A stretch of DNA of 64,000 bases, from contig NC_090603.1 in the NCBI RefSeq assembly GCF_000497125.1, positions 248,001 through 312,000 of the forward strand, read 5' to 3'. Positions 1 through 12,638 of the stretch are shown piece after piece. The number at the start of each line of letters is the position of its first letter. Within the stretch, counting starts at the first letter, position 1. The stretch comes from Spironucleus salmonicida. Its lineage: Eukaryota. The notes under the pieces were generated by a model. The model saw only the letters and a list, made by a program, of their open reading frames with translations, made no database searches and was not told the origin of the DNA. Both the position numbers and the translations under genes were made by a program.

Positions 1-1
1 T

Positions 2-511
2 ATTTCCGTTGAGGAGTTCATAAACTATGGATATGTGTTTTATAGGTTTAACGAAATTCTCAAGAATCCAGCGCTGGCCATCTTCTACTGGTTTGACTGT
101 AACCACAACCGGCACTCCAACCTAAAGCAAATGCGCAGTGGCATGAAGAACCACTACATGCTCACCATCGAGATGGTTAAAAAATATACAGGGCTGGTCA
201 AAGGCAAAAATTACTGCTCTTTGGCCGACTATAAGGGTGTGCTGAAAGCGCTCACTGAGGACGGAAAGGTCGATCCAATTGAGTAGATTTTCCGAGTGCG
301 CGAGCTTCCTGAGTTGGATCGATCTATCCCCCTAATGACTGACTCGCTGGCGAACTTCAGCGACATCTCGAGCCGGAACGCGGCGCAGCAGGCGGACGCC
401 CTTCGCCAGCAGGGCGCGGAGCAGCACTGGAGCGCGGCGTACCTGGACCTGCAGCTCAGGGCACTGTGGCAGGCGGCGGAGGTTGCGCAGGCGGGCCGGG
501 TGCTGTGGTGA
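2..511 (+). CDS. Hypothetical protein, 5'-truncated by the window edge
   Basis: ORFs 35..286 and 296..511 are one frame when TAG at 284-286 is read as Gln. The frame is open from position 2 to TGA 509-511 and has high GC3 in its 3' half. Confidence 0.6.
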
Positions 512-833
512 GGAGCGCGCCCAGCTGGCCGATCTCGGCGCGGAGGCGGGCCAGCTCGGTGCGCAGGAGGGGGGCGTTGCCGCGCGCCTCGGTAGGGTAG
601 AAGGCCTCGAAGTGCAGGAGGGGGGCATGGCGCACCGCGGGGGGCCGGGCGGTGAGCTCCGCGATGTCGTAGCGCAGCTGGCACTGCTCGGTGCGCAGGG
701 CGTCCTGCTCCGCCTGCAGGGCCGCCACCGCCTGGCCGAGGTCTACGATCTGCGTCCCCAGCAGCTGGGAGCGCGCGAGCCGCGTGAGGGCGGGGTTCGC
801 GTCGAAGATGACGGACCGCCGTGGAGTGAGCAT
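456..833 (-). CDS. Hypothetical coiled-coil protein (125 aa, MLTPRRSVIFDANP...)
   Basis: ATG at 833 is directly preceded by CCGCTCCGA (C-rich motif). Codons have very high GC3 and heptad-like segments (LGQAVAALQAEQDALRTEQ, LRTELARLRAEIGQL). Confidence 0.55.
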   Translation of the reverse strand: MLTPRRSVIFDANPALTRLARSQLLGTQIVDLGQAVAALQAEQDALRTEQCQLRYDIAELTARPPAVRHAPLLHFEAFYPTEARGNAPLLRTELARLRAEIGQLGALLTTAPGPPAQPPPPATVP

Positions 834-849
834 TCGGAGCGGACTTCGA

Positions 850-1173
850 ATGGACCTGGGCCCGCTCCTGCTCGCCCGCCCGCAGTTCCCTCTGGACGCC
901 AGCGGGCAGCCCCTGCACTTCGCCTTCGACGCGATCGTGAGGGTGCGGGAGGTAGTGCTGGCCGCGCCCTGCGCCGTGGGGTCCTGCCTCGTGCACACCG
1001 CCGCCGGGGACATAGCGGTGCCGCTGGTGGGCAACCGCGCGCTGCTGGACATCCCGCCCTCGGCGCGCCTCTGCCTCTCCCTGCAGGCCCCCGCGCTGGC
1101 CGGTGTGACCCTCCTCGGCGCGGTGGTGCAGGCCTTCAACTTCGAGGACCGCTTCGGCTACACCGTGTGCTGA
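850..1173 (+). CDS. Hypothetical protein (107 aa, MDLGPLLLARPQF...)
   Basis: ATG 850 to TGA 1171-1173, strong GC3 bias, protein-like composition. Confidence 0.55.
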   Translation: MDLGPLLLARPQFPLDASGQPLHFAFDAIVRVREVVLAAPCAVGSCLVHTAAGDIAVPLVGNRALLDIPPSARLCLSLQAPALAGVTLLGAVVQAFNFEDRFGYTVC

Positions 1174-1292
1174 CAGGACGCCGCCTTCTGACGCGAGCTG
1201 GCGCGGAGACGAGACCACTGAAACCATGGGTGCGATCTGAGTGCTGTTAAGTTTACGTTTTCACTCCGCCGACATTTCTGGCAGTTAGCCAT

Positions 1293-1787
1293 ATGGTAGG
1301 GCAAACTACTTCGTCCAACCAGAATGAAGGCACTGCTGCAGAAGACCGGCCCGCCACCCCGCCGGTGCTGGCGCCGCTGTGCACGCCGCGGGCCCAGAAG
1401 GCGGCGAAGGCCTTCGCGGACGCGCTGTACCCCGCGCTGTCCCTGCGGCCCAAGGCGCTCGGCGCGAGGGAGGACCTGCTGCTCTCCGCCCGCTCGCCCG
1501 AGCCCTCCTTCGTGCGGCAGGTGTCGCGGTCCCTCCTGATGGTGGAGGTGAGCGAGAGCACCTGCAGCGAGGTCACCGAGGACAGCCGCATGTTCCGCGA
1601 GCAGATCGCCGTCGCGGTGGCCGAGCTCCTGGGGCTGCACCAGGTCGTCGCCGGCATCGAGGCGAAGATGGAGCGCCAGCAGGCCCAGCTCCGGGCCATG
1701 GGCGAGCGCTACGCCGTCCAGCGCCAGCGGGCGACCGACCTCCGCAGGGCACGCGAGGCGCTGCTGCTCAGGGCCCGCAGGAAGTGA
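1293..1787 (+). CDS. Hypothetical protein with C-terminal coiled coil
   Basis: TCACTCC lies upstream (1261), GC3 is high, and the gene ends in AAG-TGA (AGTGA). Confidence 0.65.
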   Translation: MVGQTTSSNQNEGTAAEDRPATPPVLAPLCTPRAQKAAKAFADALYPALSLRPKALGAREDLLLSARSPEPSFVRQVSRSLLMVEVSESTCSEVTEDSRMFREQIAVAVAELLGLHQVVAGIEAKMERQQAQLRAMGERYAVQRQRATDLRRAREALLLRARRK

Positions 1788-2320
1788 CTCATTTCGTCCA
1801 ATTGTCCAAGTCCGACCAGTCCGACACCTGCGACAATATGTCAGTTAATTGATCTGCTGACCCTTCGTAGCAAAGGCTTCGTGAGTCTTAGGGAATGATC
1901 TGCTCAATTACAAGCTAAGTTTATACCAGTCGGTGCTGGGGCAAATTTTTGTTCTTTGTTTATCGCTTAATTAATTTCATTTTTATTTACTTAACATTAA
2001 TAGTAATTTAAAGGAATTATAAATTTATCGAATCATCACTTGTTGAGAATTTAACTATTTCTGTTATTTACATTCTATCAGTAACATTTATTATCGCTGA
2101 CAAAGCAATACCATATGAAATATCCAACTAATTAACTTATTATCAGCTAAGAACAAACTTCTCTCCTCGACTATTACTTATTTACGTAAATAAATGAGTA
2201 TATATGTATATTTGTAAAAATATGTAAATATATATTCATTTATATAATTAACTCTTATAAAAGTGCATTCCAAGCAGCCATAATGCATTTTTAAGCTAAA
2301 TCAGCAACTCAGCAAATCGA

Positions 2321-3451
2321 TCACTCGCCTTCGGCCTCTGCTTCTACCTCCCCGCCCTCTGCGATTTTCTTCTTGTACCCGCTGAAAAACTGGTCCATCT
2401 CCCCACCTTCTATTTCACCGCCTTATTCCTCGCCGTCGCCTTCAGCTCCGGCCCTAAACATCCCCTTCGCGAAAATGATCTTTCCGGTAAAGCCGATCTT
2501 TAGCTCCTTCTCGGCCTCGGCCTTTTCGGCCTCTTCTAGCTGCTGTTGCACCCTCTTCTGCTTCCACACGGCGAAGGTCTCCTCGTTCACCGGTGTTCCC
2601 TGCGTTATCGCGTTCCGCTTCCTTTCGATTTCCTCCTCGAACTGCTCGTTGTCCAAATCCTCGTCGAAGTCCTCAGGCTTCTCGAAGAGCACAAAATCGA
2701 TTGGGATGCAATGTCTGTACTGGCAATATCCCTGCTGCTTCTCGTGGGCGCAGTTCCAGCCAAATCCGATGACGTTCTCTCTGCACGCCTGGATGAAATT
2801 CTTACAAATGAGGTCAGAGTAGTTATGCGTTCTCGTGCGGTCCTGGAAATCAGCGAGCATTTCGCTTAAGACTTCGTCGTAGTCTTTTCCGTTTTTGAAG
2901 CTTTTTTGTTTTGCTCTGTATTCGATGATTTGGTCGCGCATTTCTCTATAGATATCCAGCTTACCCATGTCTTCTGAAACGTAATCCTTAGCTTTATCAA
3001 GCTTTTCCTGCTCTTTGCGCATTTTTTCTTCTAGTATTTGCTGTGGCGTCATAATTTCCACTTTCTCACCGTGTGAATATTTACATTTCTCAGCTTTGTC
3101 GCAGCAGCCGTATTGGTGGAGAATACAGGGGTAATTTTTAGGATTTTCGCCTTCGGGGACAGGGGGTTGCTTCAAAGTCGATCTAAGCATTTAAAGCTAT
3201 TGTAAACGCTTTTCGTCCTCTTTTTACTTCTTAAGGATGTCAGCCTGAGATTATTAAAGCTTGCTTGGTAAAGCATTCTTTATAACAGTATCAACTTTGT
3301 TTTAAACTTATTTTTATACAGCCTATATCTGCTACTGTACTTTTTTGGATTTATTCTTGTTTTTCAGACCAAAAGTAGCATCTTCTATCGTCTGCTTTGC
3401 CTCTTTTTATAGTGCTTTCTTGGAAACATCCAATTGCTTCTTTGGTGGCAT
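2321..3451 (-). CDS. TMA46: CCCH zinc-finger translation machinery-associated protein (TMA46/ZC3H15/DFRP1)
   Basis: Code-6 translation begins MPPKKQ...TIEDATFGLKNKNKSKKVQQQI. It has two CCCH fingers (CILHQYGCCDKAEKCKYSH; CKNFI...GWNC...CQYRH) and a TPVNEETFAVWK motif. Ends GAG-TGA. Confidence 0.9.
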
Positions 3452-3545
3452 TACGACTCAAAGTGGAATGGAAAATGGACAGGATTAATAAATAATTTAT
3501 ATATCATAATGTTATTAAAAGAATCTTTCCACTCCCCATTCCATA
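3452..3545. promoter_or_regulatory. Bidirectional promoter region between TMA46 and NOP2
   Basis: 94-nt spacer with an AT core (TATATAT). It is flanked by AGTGGAATGG on the left (C-rich on the minus strand) and CCACTCC at 3529-3535 on the right, each near an ATG. Confidence 0.6.
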
Positions 3546-4913
3546 ATGTCACTAGTTTCACTGTCATCTAAAGCTTAAATGGTTGATAACGAGCCAATTG
3601 AAGAACAATTCTGTAATGAAGAGGAAAACTATGAAATAGAAGAAGTCTAAAACTAACCTAGAAATCTTCTTGAACTATCTGATTCTGTATCTATTGACGA
3701 AGAACTTTTAGCTCATCGTAAGCTTCTTATTGAATAGAACATACCCGAACCAGCACCAGCACCATAGAATACTCAATATGATCCCAGATCAGATCTACCA
3801 AATTCACCTGAACAGACTTTAGCTCGCCTTTCTAGAGTAAGTTATATCCTATCAAACTTCAAAAATGAAAGAAACCCATAGGTTCCACGTCCCACATATG
3901 TTTAAATCCTAAAATAAGATGTCATCAATCTCTATGGATATTCTGATGATGTTGCTGAAATTTTACTTGGAGTTTTCGGCCCAGTAGAGTTCCTTAGTTT
4001 TGTATAAGCTTCTGAAAAACCTAGACCACTCACAATCAGGGTAAATCCTTTGAAGGCAAAAAGAAGAGATGTTGCCGCCGCACTACTTTCTAGAGGAGTG
4101 GAATTGGAGCCCATAACTTGGTCTCCTGATGGTCTTACTGTGTTTTCATCCTAAATACCCCTAGGTGCAACTCCTGAATATCTGAAAGGTCTTTATATGA
4201 TATAAGATGCTGCTTCTATGATGCCAGTTTTGGCTCTTCGTCCCCAAGCTAATGAAAAAATTATCGATATATCAGCAGCACCAGGAGGTAAAACTACACA
4301 TATCGCTTCCTTAATGAAAAACACTGGCGTACTTATTGCTAATGATTTTAACCGTTTAAGAATTGATGCATTATAGGCAAATTTAGCTAGAATGGGAGTT
4401 ACTAACACAATTGTTGTAAATTATGATGGTCGAAAGTTACCTTATGGTGGAATGGACAGAGTACTGTTAGATGCACCTTGTACTGGTCTTGGTGTTATCT
4501 GCAAGGATCCTAAAGCAAAATGTTCTAGAAACTTTTAAGACCTAGACCGATAGTAGGCTCTTTAAAGAGAGCTTTTATGGCATGCAATAGATATGGTATC
4601 TAACAAATCTAATTCTCCAAGAATGATTGTGTATTCAACATGCTCTGTAACTATCGCAGAAAATGAAGCTGTTGTCGACTGGGTATTATAAAAGCGTGGT
4701 GACTGTTAAATTGTTGAGACTGGTTTAGTATCTGGTAATCCAGGTATTGGAAATTATAGAGGTAAGAAGTTCTTTTATGGAATGGAAAAATCTCGAAGAT
4801 TCTATCCTCATACACATAACGTATAGGGCTTTTATGTTTGCTGTATCTAGAGGAAACCTGGTATGAAACCTCTAGTTGAAAAATTTAATTAGGTTGCTGG
4901 TAAGGATGAATGA
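3546..4913 (+). CDS. NOP2: NOL1/NOP2/sun family rRNA m5C methyltransferase
   Basis: Motifs [32 protein letters not shown] and VYSTCS in a code-6 frame. CCACTCC upstream. Confidence 0.92.
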
Positions 4914-5847
4914 TGATGATTAAATTCACTTTTTATTAAGTTTTAAACCAGGTATAAATACCAGCCCAGGAATAATAGATTTTTAAACAGGTTCAACGAT
5001 CTTATTCACGTCTTTTTTCTAAGTTAAGCTAGTTGGTATAATATATGAAATATTATCACCTTTCAAAACTACTAAACCAATATCACGGCGTATGTTATTT
5101 TATTCACAGGTAGCTTATTTGAGAACAACATTCATAAAATTGTCAAATTTAAGTAGTATACCCGATATCGTAGATTTGTCATTTAGTTTTATAGATACTA
5201 GCGTATTAAGATGATGTTTAAGTTAGAAGGACATTATTGTTAATACATTATTGTTATATTATATTAAATAAATAAACTGATTAAAAAATTAAAATTAAAT
5301 CACGCAAAATATACTCATGATTTCATTTTATTGATATACTCACCCTTTAACTATTAGCACTATTAAGATTTATATTTAGAAAGCTAGAAAGTCTTAAATC
5401 TCTATACAGTACTTTATAATCTTCAACTGACTAATCATTGCTAAACAGTTGGAGTAAGGAATTTGCATCCACTTGGTATGAATTATTGGGAATCTTTTAA
5501 TAAATATCTAGTGAAGGAAGTAAACCTGTGTACGATTGTTTTGTCTTAATAAAATTGAATTCTTTCGGCTTTTTAAATATTTTTTTCATTTTTATTCTAT
5601 TACTTATTCATATTATCAGGAAATATAACAGTTACAACCCGCAGGTTAATCAGTTTCTAAAGACTATTTTGCTAACTATCATTATATATAGAATAAATAC
5701 TTTATTGGATTATTTATTGATCAACAAAACTATTGTGGTTTCATGGAAGAGGAAACTTGTTACTTACATGTATCTTACAGATAATTATTGACTTAAAATA
5801 TAAAGTAGAATATAAACTGATAATATTATATTAATTCTTATAACTTG

Positions 5848-7053
5848 TCATATCATCGAGTACGCATCTTCAGCAATGCCATTACTACAAATCCAATCAT
5901 TATATTAACTGCACAACGGCTTCGTCATGAAGATACTCATGAGCGAATTGTTCTCAGAATCACACATTTTCATACCAAAGATACCGTCCAAAGTGATGGG
6001 GTTCCACTATTTTTTGATCTATGCTAGACGCCCTAGATAACCCACTCAGCTCTTTCTTAGCGGATAATTTCTCCCAAAATACTGTTAAATCAGTTAGTTC
6101 TGATCTACTTCCCTATTTTCCTTGATAAAGACCGGGAACGCTCCTCCGAGGCCCGCCCTAGGAGAAACAGTCTAATCCACTGCTCCCAGTGCATGTACCG
6201 TCATATAAACAACCAACGCTCGATCATGGAATCCAATACCATAAAACTAGTTGAGCAGTGAGGGCGTAATCCAGCAGAAGTTGGCGCGGGAGTCGGGGTT
6301 GTATGGCTCCTCCGGCAAAATAAATCCACATTTGAAGATGTTATTGATCATTTCCGTTTTGTACATGAATACTGCATTGTGTTTTATGGCAGTGATCATT
6401 GATCATGTAAGCGAGAATGTGGATAAGCGCATCGATGAAGCTATTCTCCTGCTAGTACCAGGACAGCTTCGGACATGAGTGAATAATCAAGACGATCAGG
6501 AAGCAGTGCAGGTAAAATAACTATTATTTTTTGTACTGTGCATCTTCCAGGAAGAACCTGCCACATTTCTTCTCAGACCTAGTGACAGAAATAGTCAAAG
6601 CATCGTAAATAGACAGGGCCACTGCTGTGGTACTAGATTCCTCGTAGAACTCCCAAACTATGGATACAGGACTTCAGCTGATAGCTTGGCTCCGGAGTGG
6701 ATGCCCTTTCTGTAATCGAAACAGGTGTTACCACCGACACATAGAATATTCAAGATGCTGTATTTTCTGCAGACTTCAACTTGGGAAATGACCAGCTTAA
6801 TCTCTGAGTTCGGACGCATGTCGTATAACTCAAAAAATGCGATATTTTGAGTCTGTAAAGCGGTGGTAATTTTGACGGAAAGATAAATTTTGTTAACGAC
6901 AGTTATTACGGCCAGCAGAAAAACGCATTTTATGGTATTTAAACTAGTTACTCCATTATATAAGAAGATCCATATTTTTATATGATCAGTTTTTTGAATT
7001 ATAGAATGTGGCCTCCTGCGATCACCTAGAAAAGCTTTACTTTTAACTTTCAT
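5848..7053 (-). pseudogene. Probable decayed FAD-linked oxidoreductase (berberine-bridge-enzyme-like C-terminus)
   Basis: Protein-like fragments occur in different minus frames (WIYFAGGAIQ; QYFGRNYPLRKS*VGYLGRLAQIKKQWNP), with an in-frame TGA at 6046-6048 and implied frameshifts. Confidence 0.35.
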
Positions 7054-7192
7054 TTATATTATATACAACCACCAAATATTAAAATTATCTCGCAGCTAAA
7101 TTTTTATATTTAATTACTATATTATGCGATTTAGCCATTTTGTTAAAAGTGTAGATATGTTCCACCCATAAAACCCAAAATGTCGCATTCCC

Positions 7193-8551
7193 TCACTCCC
7201 CCAATTCACCATTTTCGCCCCTCTCCCCCCTCTCGCCCAGCAGCTCCCTCAGCCGCTGAATCTCCAGATCCCGCTCCCGCACGACCCCGAGCCACTCCAT
7301 CCGCTCGAAATTGACCTCAATTTCGATCATTTGCTTCATTTCTTCTGCGAAATCGCTCCTGGCGCTGAAAATGTCATTTTCGTACTCATTTTCGACCTCT
7401 TATAGCTGCTCGCTCACGTCGTACAACTGCTATAAGACCCCTTCCCACTCCTTCTACCCAATTTGCACGACCGAACCCTCAATTTCGACCACAGAATCTC
7501 TCCCAACAACACTCCCCACCATACTCCCGCAAACGCTCCTAACGCTCCGATTTACGCCCTAAATCCGACTGGGCGTCTTCGCGTAATTTCTAATTTCCTT
7601 AGTCACGAGCCCCAACTGCAAAGTCTCTTTATTCGACTGGAAGCCATCAACGCATTAATGCAAGTTCAGGAACATGCAAATTTGCGCTGCGAGGCGCTTG
7701 TTCCGGAGCTGCAAAAACGGCCGCAGGGCCATTGTGAGCGCAGACGAGCGGAACGACGTCGCCAGGGAAGACGTTTTGGCGGCGTTTCTGAGCTCCTTGA
7801 GGGAGCGGTCGAGCATGAGGAGCGACGTGCGGATGAAGGCGCCCTCCTGCTAAACCTGCTTAGAGGCCTCCTGCTGGTGCGGCTCGGAGCCCGCGAGGTC
7901 GACGAAGCAGATCGTCGAGGAGCGAATTCGCACGAAAACGAGGCAGTGGGAGCGCGAACTCGCGGAATTTAACTTCGTGGAGGCGACTTCGCGATTTTGC
8001 AGAATTTGCGAAAGCTGCGATTGGAGCGATTCGGTCGTTATCGCCTTCCAGGCCCGCGCCGGAAGCGGGTCGCTGCCGGTCCCTATGATGCGCAGAATGC
8101 TGCCCGTGATCAGGTCCTGCGCCTGGTTCATGTAAATTTGCACGGCCGAAATTTCCACTTCGCTGGACTGCAGGAGGTGGAAAACGGCCATTTGGAAGAC
8201 TCCGGGCTCGTTTTATGAGCCGAATAGCGTGTGCGATTTTCCGGCCGACGTGACGCCGTATGAGAGCTCCAGGAGCGGAAATCCCTGTTCTGCGGCCGAA
8301 AGGAGCGGAAATAGCGCCTCAAACGCGTCGGAATTCGTCGAATTTGACGGTAGCGCTGTATCGAACTCGTGGGACGTTTCAATTCCGGTGATCGGGTCGT
8401 GCGTGATGACAAAATTGCCTTCTGCGCGGATGCAGGGGACGTCGGAAACGCGCTCTTTGGGGAATGCCGGGCGGACGCGCGCAATGACCGAAATCGGAGC
8501 GGGCGGTGCTGCGGAGACAGAAGAGGTCAGTTGTGACGCTGTAAGGTCCAT
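7193..8551 (-). CDS. Kinesin motor protein with C-terminal coiled coil
   Basis: VIARVRP, HEFD, P-loop YGVTSAGKSHT, switch I SSRSH and switch II FVDLAGSE in a single code-6 frame. Ends GAG-TGA. Confidence 0.92.
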
Positions 8552-8598
8552 ATTCAAATTTGGAGTGGATAAAAATTTAGTGACTATTATACATAATT

Positions 8599-10317
8599 TC
8601 ACATTTTGCTGCTAATAAGTTCCATGTCAGTAGCTAAAGCTTTTAGTTTTTCGAATTTGTTGGCGCCTTGGTGCTTAATAGTATTTTAGAATCTTGCGAT
8701 ATCTTTTTGTAAATCTACTTTGTCTGAGCAGACTTTCTTGTTTAGCGAATTTATGCTATTTCGCCATGCAATGAGCCGGAAATGGTTTATTTTCGTACTG
8801 TCTGGTAGATACTATTCAAAGGAATAATTCCGGATAGTACTGCTGTATTAATTGATCAAGTTTTTAATTTCAACAACGTTCTTAATGTAAGCATTATTGC
8901 AGTCTTGGTTATAATACACTTGCTCATTTTTATCTTCAATTTTTATTTTTATTTCTTATATCTTCTACTTAAGATAACTTATATCGCTTTTTGCTTATAA
9001 TTGCTGTTCTTTTAATCTAGGTAGTTGTGCTATCCCATTATTATAGTTTCTAATCATCATATCTAGTTTATTTTTTTGAATAACATCATTATGTGAATTC
9101 TTCTTATCAGAAAAGCATGCATTTAAAACCTATCGAACTCTATCTTCTATGGTGTAATGCTCAGAAATCTTAAAAACCATCTCTTAAAATATTTACTGTT
9201 ATAACCTGTCTGACATTTCAGCTTACTTCTCTATTATCTTAAAATAATTTTCAGTTTTGATATTCCAGCTAAGGTTAGATTTCCCAGTCCATTACTTGTT
9301 TATCTCTGCTTCATACTTTTCAAAATTTTCTTTAAGTTTAAATTCACTAAAAACCAATCTTTCATTAATTTATGAAATAACGGTATTTGTGCGATTTATT
9401 AGCTCCTAAATATACTGATTTTCAATCTAACCCTCTATATTACTTAAGTTTATTTTAGTTAAATAAAAATTAGAAGATTCCAGTAAGCTAAGTGTCTAAA
9501 AACGCTCCTTTTTGACCTAAAAAGTTACCTTTTAGTCTTTCAGTTCACAGTGTGTAAATGTTAACTATTCAAAATGCTTAGCAGTCAATGTATCAAAGAA
9601 ATACATAACTTGCTAACTTTTAATTTTAAAATTACGTAATGTAGCAATTTTCTCAAACTACTACAGTTCTTCATTTACAAAAATTTAGAAAGGAGTGGTG
9701 TTGATTAAGTTTAACAGTAAATTTTAGGGGTTGTAATTATTTTATGATTTGTTTTAATAGGCCTTCATTGACTTAAAATTTACACGATTCTGCTTCAAAA
9801 AAGTGAAATAATTTTCCATTTCTAGCGAGTCAAACAAGTAGTATGACTATATGAAATTAATAATTGTGGAAATATCAATTCCATTTTCTGCATGGATAAA
9901 GAAAGTTCTCGAAATCTTGTTGTTATTGAAGGTCAAAATTTCGTAAATTTGAAGAAAACATGAATCCTATGACTAGTTCTTAAGATCCTGTATTTCGTGC
10001 AGCTTCTCAATCTGCAGGCTAAAGCTGTCTGGCGTAAATCTTGTAAAATTCTCCTGCACATAATGCACTTCCTGTGAATCTAGGTTATCCATCTCGGATT
10101 TTAACCTGCAAGAAATGTACTATGGGCGTACTGCGCTCGCTGTAAACCCTTGCGCAAAATCTTGTACTTTCTAGAGCATATCAGCGTCTCCTAAAAACAG
10201 GAAGCTGGAGTTTGGAGGCGCAGTCTAGAACGTCTCATTTAGCGAATTTTATGGCGGAATAGTCGCAGAATAGTACATGCTTTTGGTGTCCGAAGCAAGA
10301 AAAACTGCCGATTTCAT
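8599..10317 (-). CDS. Hypothetical protein, Gln/Lys/Glu-rich coiled-coil C-terminus (572 aa)
   Basis: The 1719-nt frame has no in-frame TGA (all TCA positions checked), and a C-rich motif precedes the ATG. Confidence 0.75.
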
Positions 10318-10460
10318 TCGATATGTGGAAGGAAGTTAAATATATTACTAATTATTATATAATAATATATTTAAAATAAAATTTTTATATATATTAAATT
10401 ATATAATAATATTGTACTGAAAACAGCGTTCTAACTCATCAAATAAGCATACCCAACCGC

Positions 10461-11834
10461 TCACTGCTCGTCTACTTTCCCCGCTTCTTTCAATTTAAAT
10501 TTCAATTCCACATTCATTTCGTCTTTCCGCTCCACATTTGCACCTCCCTTCCTATTTTCCTAAAACCCCTTCCTTTCACACTCCTCGCAGGCCTTCCAAA
10601 TTTCGTCCACTCCACCTCTTTCCCGCTCCTTCAAAGTATACAAATTCACACTCCTTCCTTTTTGCTGCCTTCCACTCCTTCCACTCCTATGGATATAATG
10701 CTCTATATCACTTGCCAAATCGTACTAAATAACGCAATTTACGCCAAAAAAGTCGAGGCCGCGGCAGGCGACGTCCGTGGCCACCAAAACGAGGCTCCGC
10801 TGCTGCCTGAATTTCAAATAATTCACTTTTCGCTCACTTTCGTTCATTGTGCCAATTAAAAGGAGGGAAGGAAAATTCGAATTCAAATTCAATTCTTGAA
10901 AAACCGATTTTGCCGTAGAATTTTCTGAGCAAAAAACGATGAAAGGAGGCCGATTTTCGGTCAAAATTTGCTTCAAAACGAGCGATTTGTGAGCGGATTT
11001 TCCGCAGTTCACGAAGTCGTGAAAAATGTTCTTATTCGCCTTCTGCCGGTTCAAAAAAATTTGCGCTTTATTGGCCAAAAAGGAATTGGCAACCAAATTC
11101 AATTCAGAATTCAAAGTTGCACTTAGGAGCGAAATTTATACATTTTGTTATTATTATATAATATTAAGTATATTATCAATTTTTTTCAAGTTTAGTTTTT
11201 GCAGCAAAGCGTCACATTCGTCGAGAACCAGGTAAGATATCGAAGAAAGCAGCGCCAGCGGGACGGCGTGCGGAGTGGAGATGCCGATTGCGAGTTTTGA
11301 AATTGGCGCTGAAGCGGAGCTCAAAATCGGGAATTTGATGCGCTGCGTAAGCGATAAAGCCGCTTTGTGGACCTGCAGGGCGAGCTCCTTCGTGGGGACG
11401 AGAATTAGCGCTCGCATGCCCTTTTCTGAGCCGTTTAGGAGCGAATTTACGAGTGGGATCAAGTACGCGAGAGTCTTGCCAGAGCCCGTCTGAGCGACTA
11501 AAAGCATGTCCTGGCGGCCCGAAATTGGCCCAAAAGCGAGGCTTTGCGGCAGCGTCGGCACAGTAATTTTTTGTGATTTTAGAGCGGTTTAAAGAGCCGG
11601 AAAAAGACCGGAAAAGGAGCGGAAAAGGTCGTAATTGTAATTTTCGAGCTCTGTATTGGCCTGGGAGAGGTAGGCTGCGTCAGTTTCTGGGGCGCCGTCC
11701 GCCGCTGTGGGCTGCTGCGATTGGATGCAGACAAAATTCGAGGGGTCCTTGTTCTGCTTGTTTCTGATCAGTTCGTAGGTATTGTCCAGTTTCTGCTTGT
11801 TGAATCGGGCGGATTTCGTGAGAAAATTGAACAT
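10461..11834 (-). CDS. DEAD-box RNA helicase, probably ROK1/DDX52-like
   Basis: Motifs [30 protein letters not shown] and [10 protein letters not shown]. The N-terminus [11 protein letters not shown] resembles ROK1/DDX52. Ends CAG-TGA. Confidence 0.85.
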
Positions 11835-11906
11835 TATGAAGTGGAAAGGAAAAAGAAAAAATTATATTAAACATATAATAATGATAATTATTTTTTAAGC
11901 GATAAA

Positions 11907-12638
11907 ATGTTTAGCGGGTATTTTTAACCAAAAGAAGCGCAAAAGCAGAATCTGGACGTATTAGCGCTATCTGGCGACGATTTGACCGATATTAACGACT
12001 TTGAGCCGCTGGAACCATCCTACATCACGCAATCCCACATCAGCGAAATCGCCTCCCAACTCCACTCCACAAGGCTCAGAATTACCAATTTAATAGCTAA
12101 CTAAGCCAAATATACCGCAATTTTAACGCTCCAAATCGCCAGCGAACGGTAGAAAAAGGAGCGAATTTTCGAGCAGAAACTATCCAAATCCGCCGTTTTG
12201 GCCCGCAAATTCGAGCTGCAAATTGCGCTCGAAGCCCGAAAGTCGGAGCTGCAGCTGCAGGGCAGCGAATAGCGCGCCGCCGTCCGCGCCGCCAGGAATT
12301 CCGCGCTCGCGGAAAGGCGCCGCGGGGCCCAAAAATGCAGAGAGGCGCGAGAGCGCGATTTTGAAATTTCGAGGCGCCAGGAAAGTGATATAATGAGCAG
12401 CAAAAAGGAGCGGGTCAGCGCGTCCAGGCGGTCGATTTGGGCTGGTTCGGGGTCAGCGCGGGGCGAGGAGATTCGCAGGGGGCGGGAAAGCGAATAGTTG
12501 GGGCTGAAAAGGCAGTTGCAGAGCCGAAAAGCCGAGTTGGCGGAGCTGCTGGGAATAGAGAAACTGGAGCTCGAAAAATCGGTCGATTTGAAGAAAAAGT
12601 GCGTGCTGCAGGAAGCGAAATTGCTGGGCATGCTGTGA
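11907..12638 (+). CDS. Hypothetical coiled-coil protein (243 aa)
   Basis: Open code-6 frame from ATG 11907 to TGA 12636 with E/K/R/Q-rich helical composition. Confidence 0.7.

Noticed and set aside
229..1852. Many long overlapping Arg/Gly/Ala/Pro-rich ORFs
   Set aside because: These are alternative-frame artefacts of very high GC content. GC3 patterns support only the four frames annotated.
8599..10317. N-terminus as a second degenerate kinesin motor
   Set aside because: Only a vague secondary-structure resemblance, with no motif I can defend.
11135..11185. AT-rich patch as a possible intron
   Set aside because: The frame is open through it under code 6, and it supplies the expected linker between the DECD and SAT motifs.
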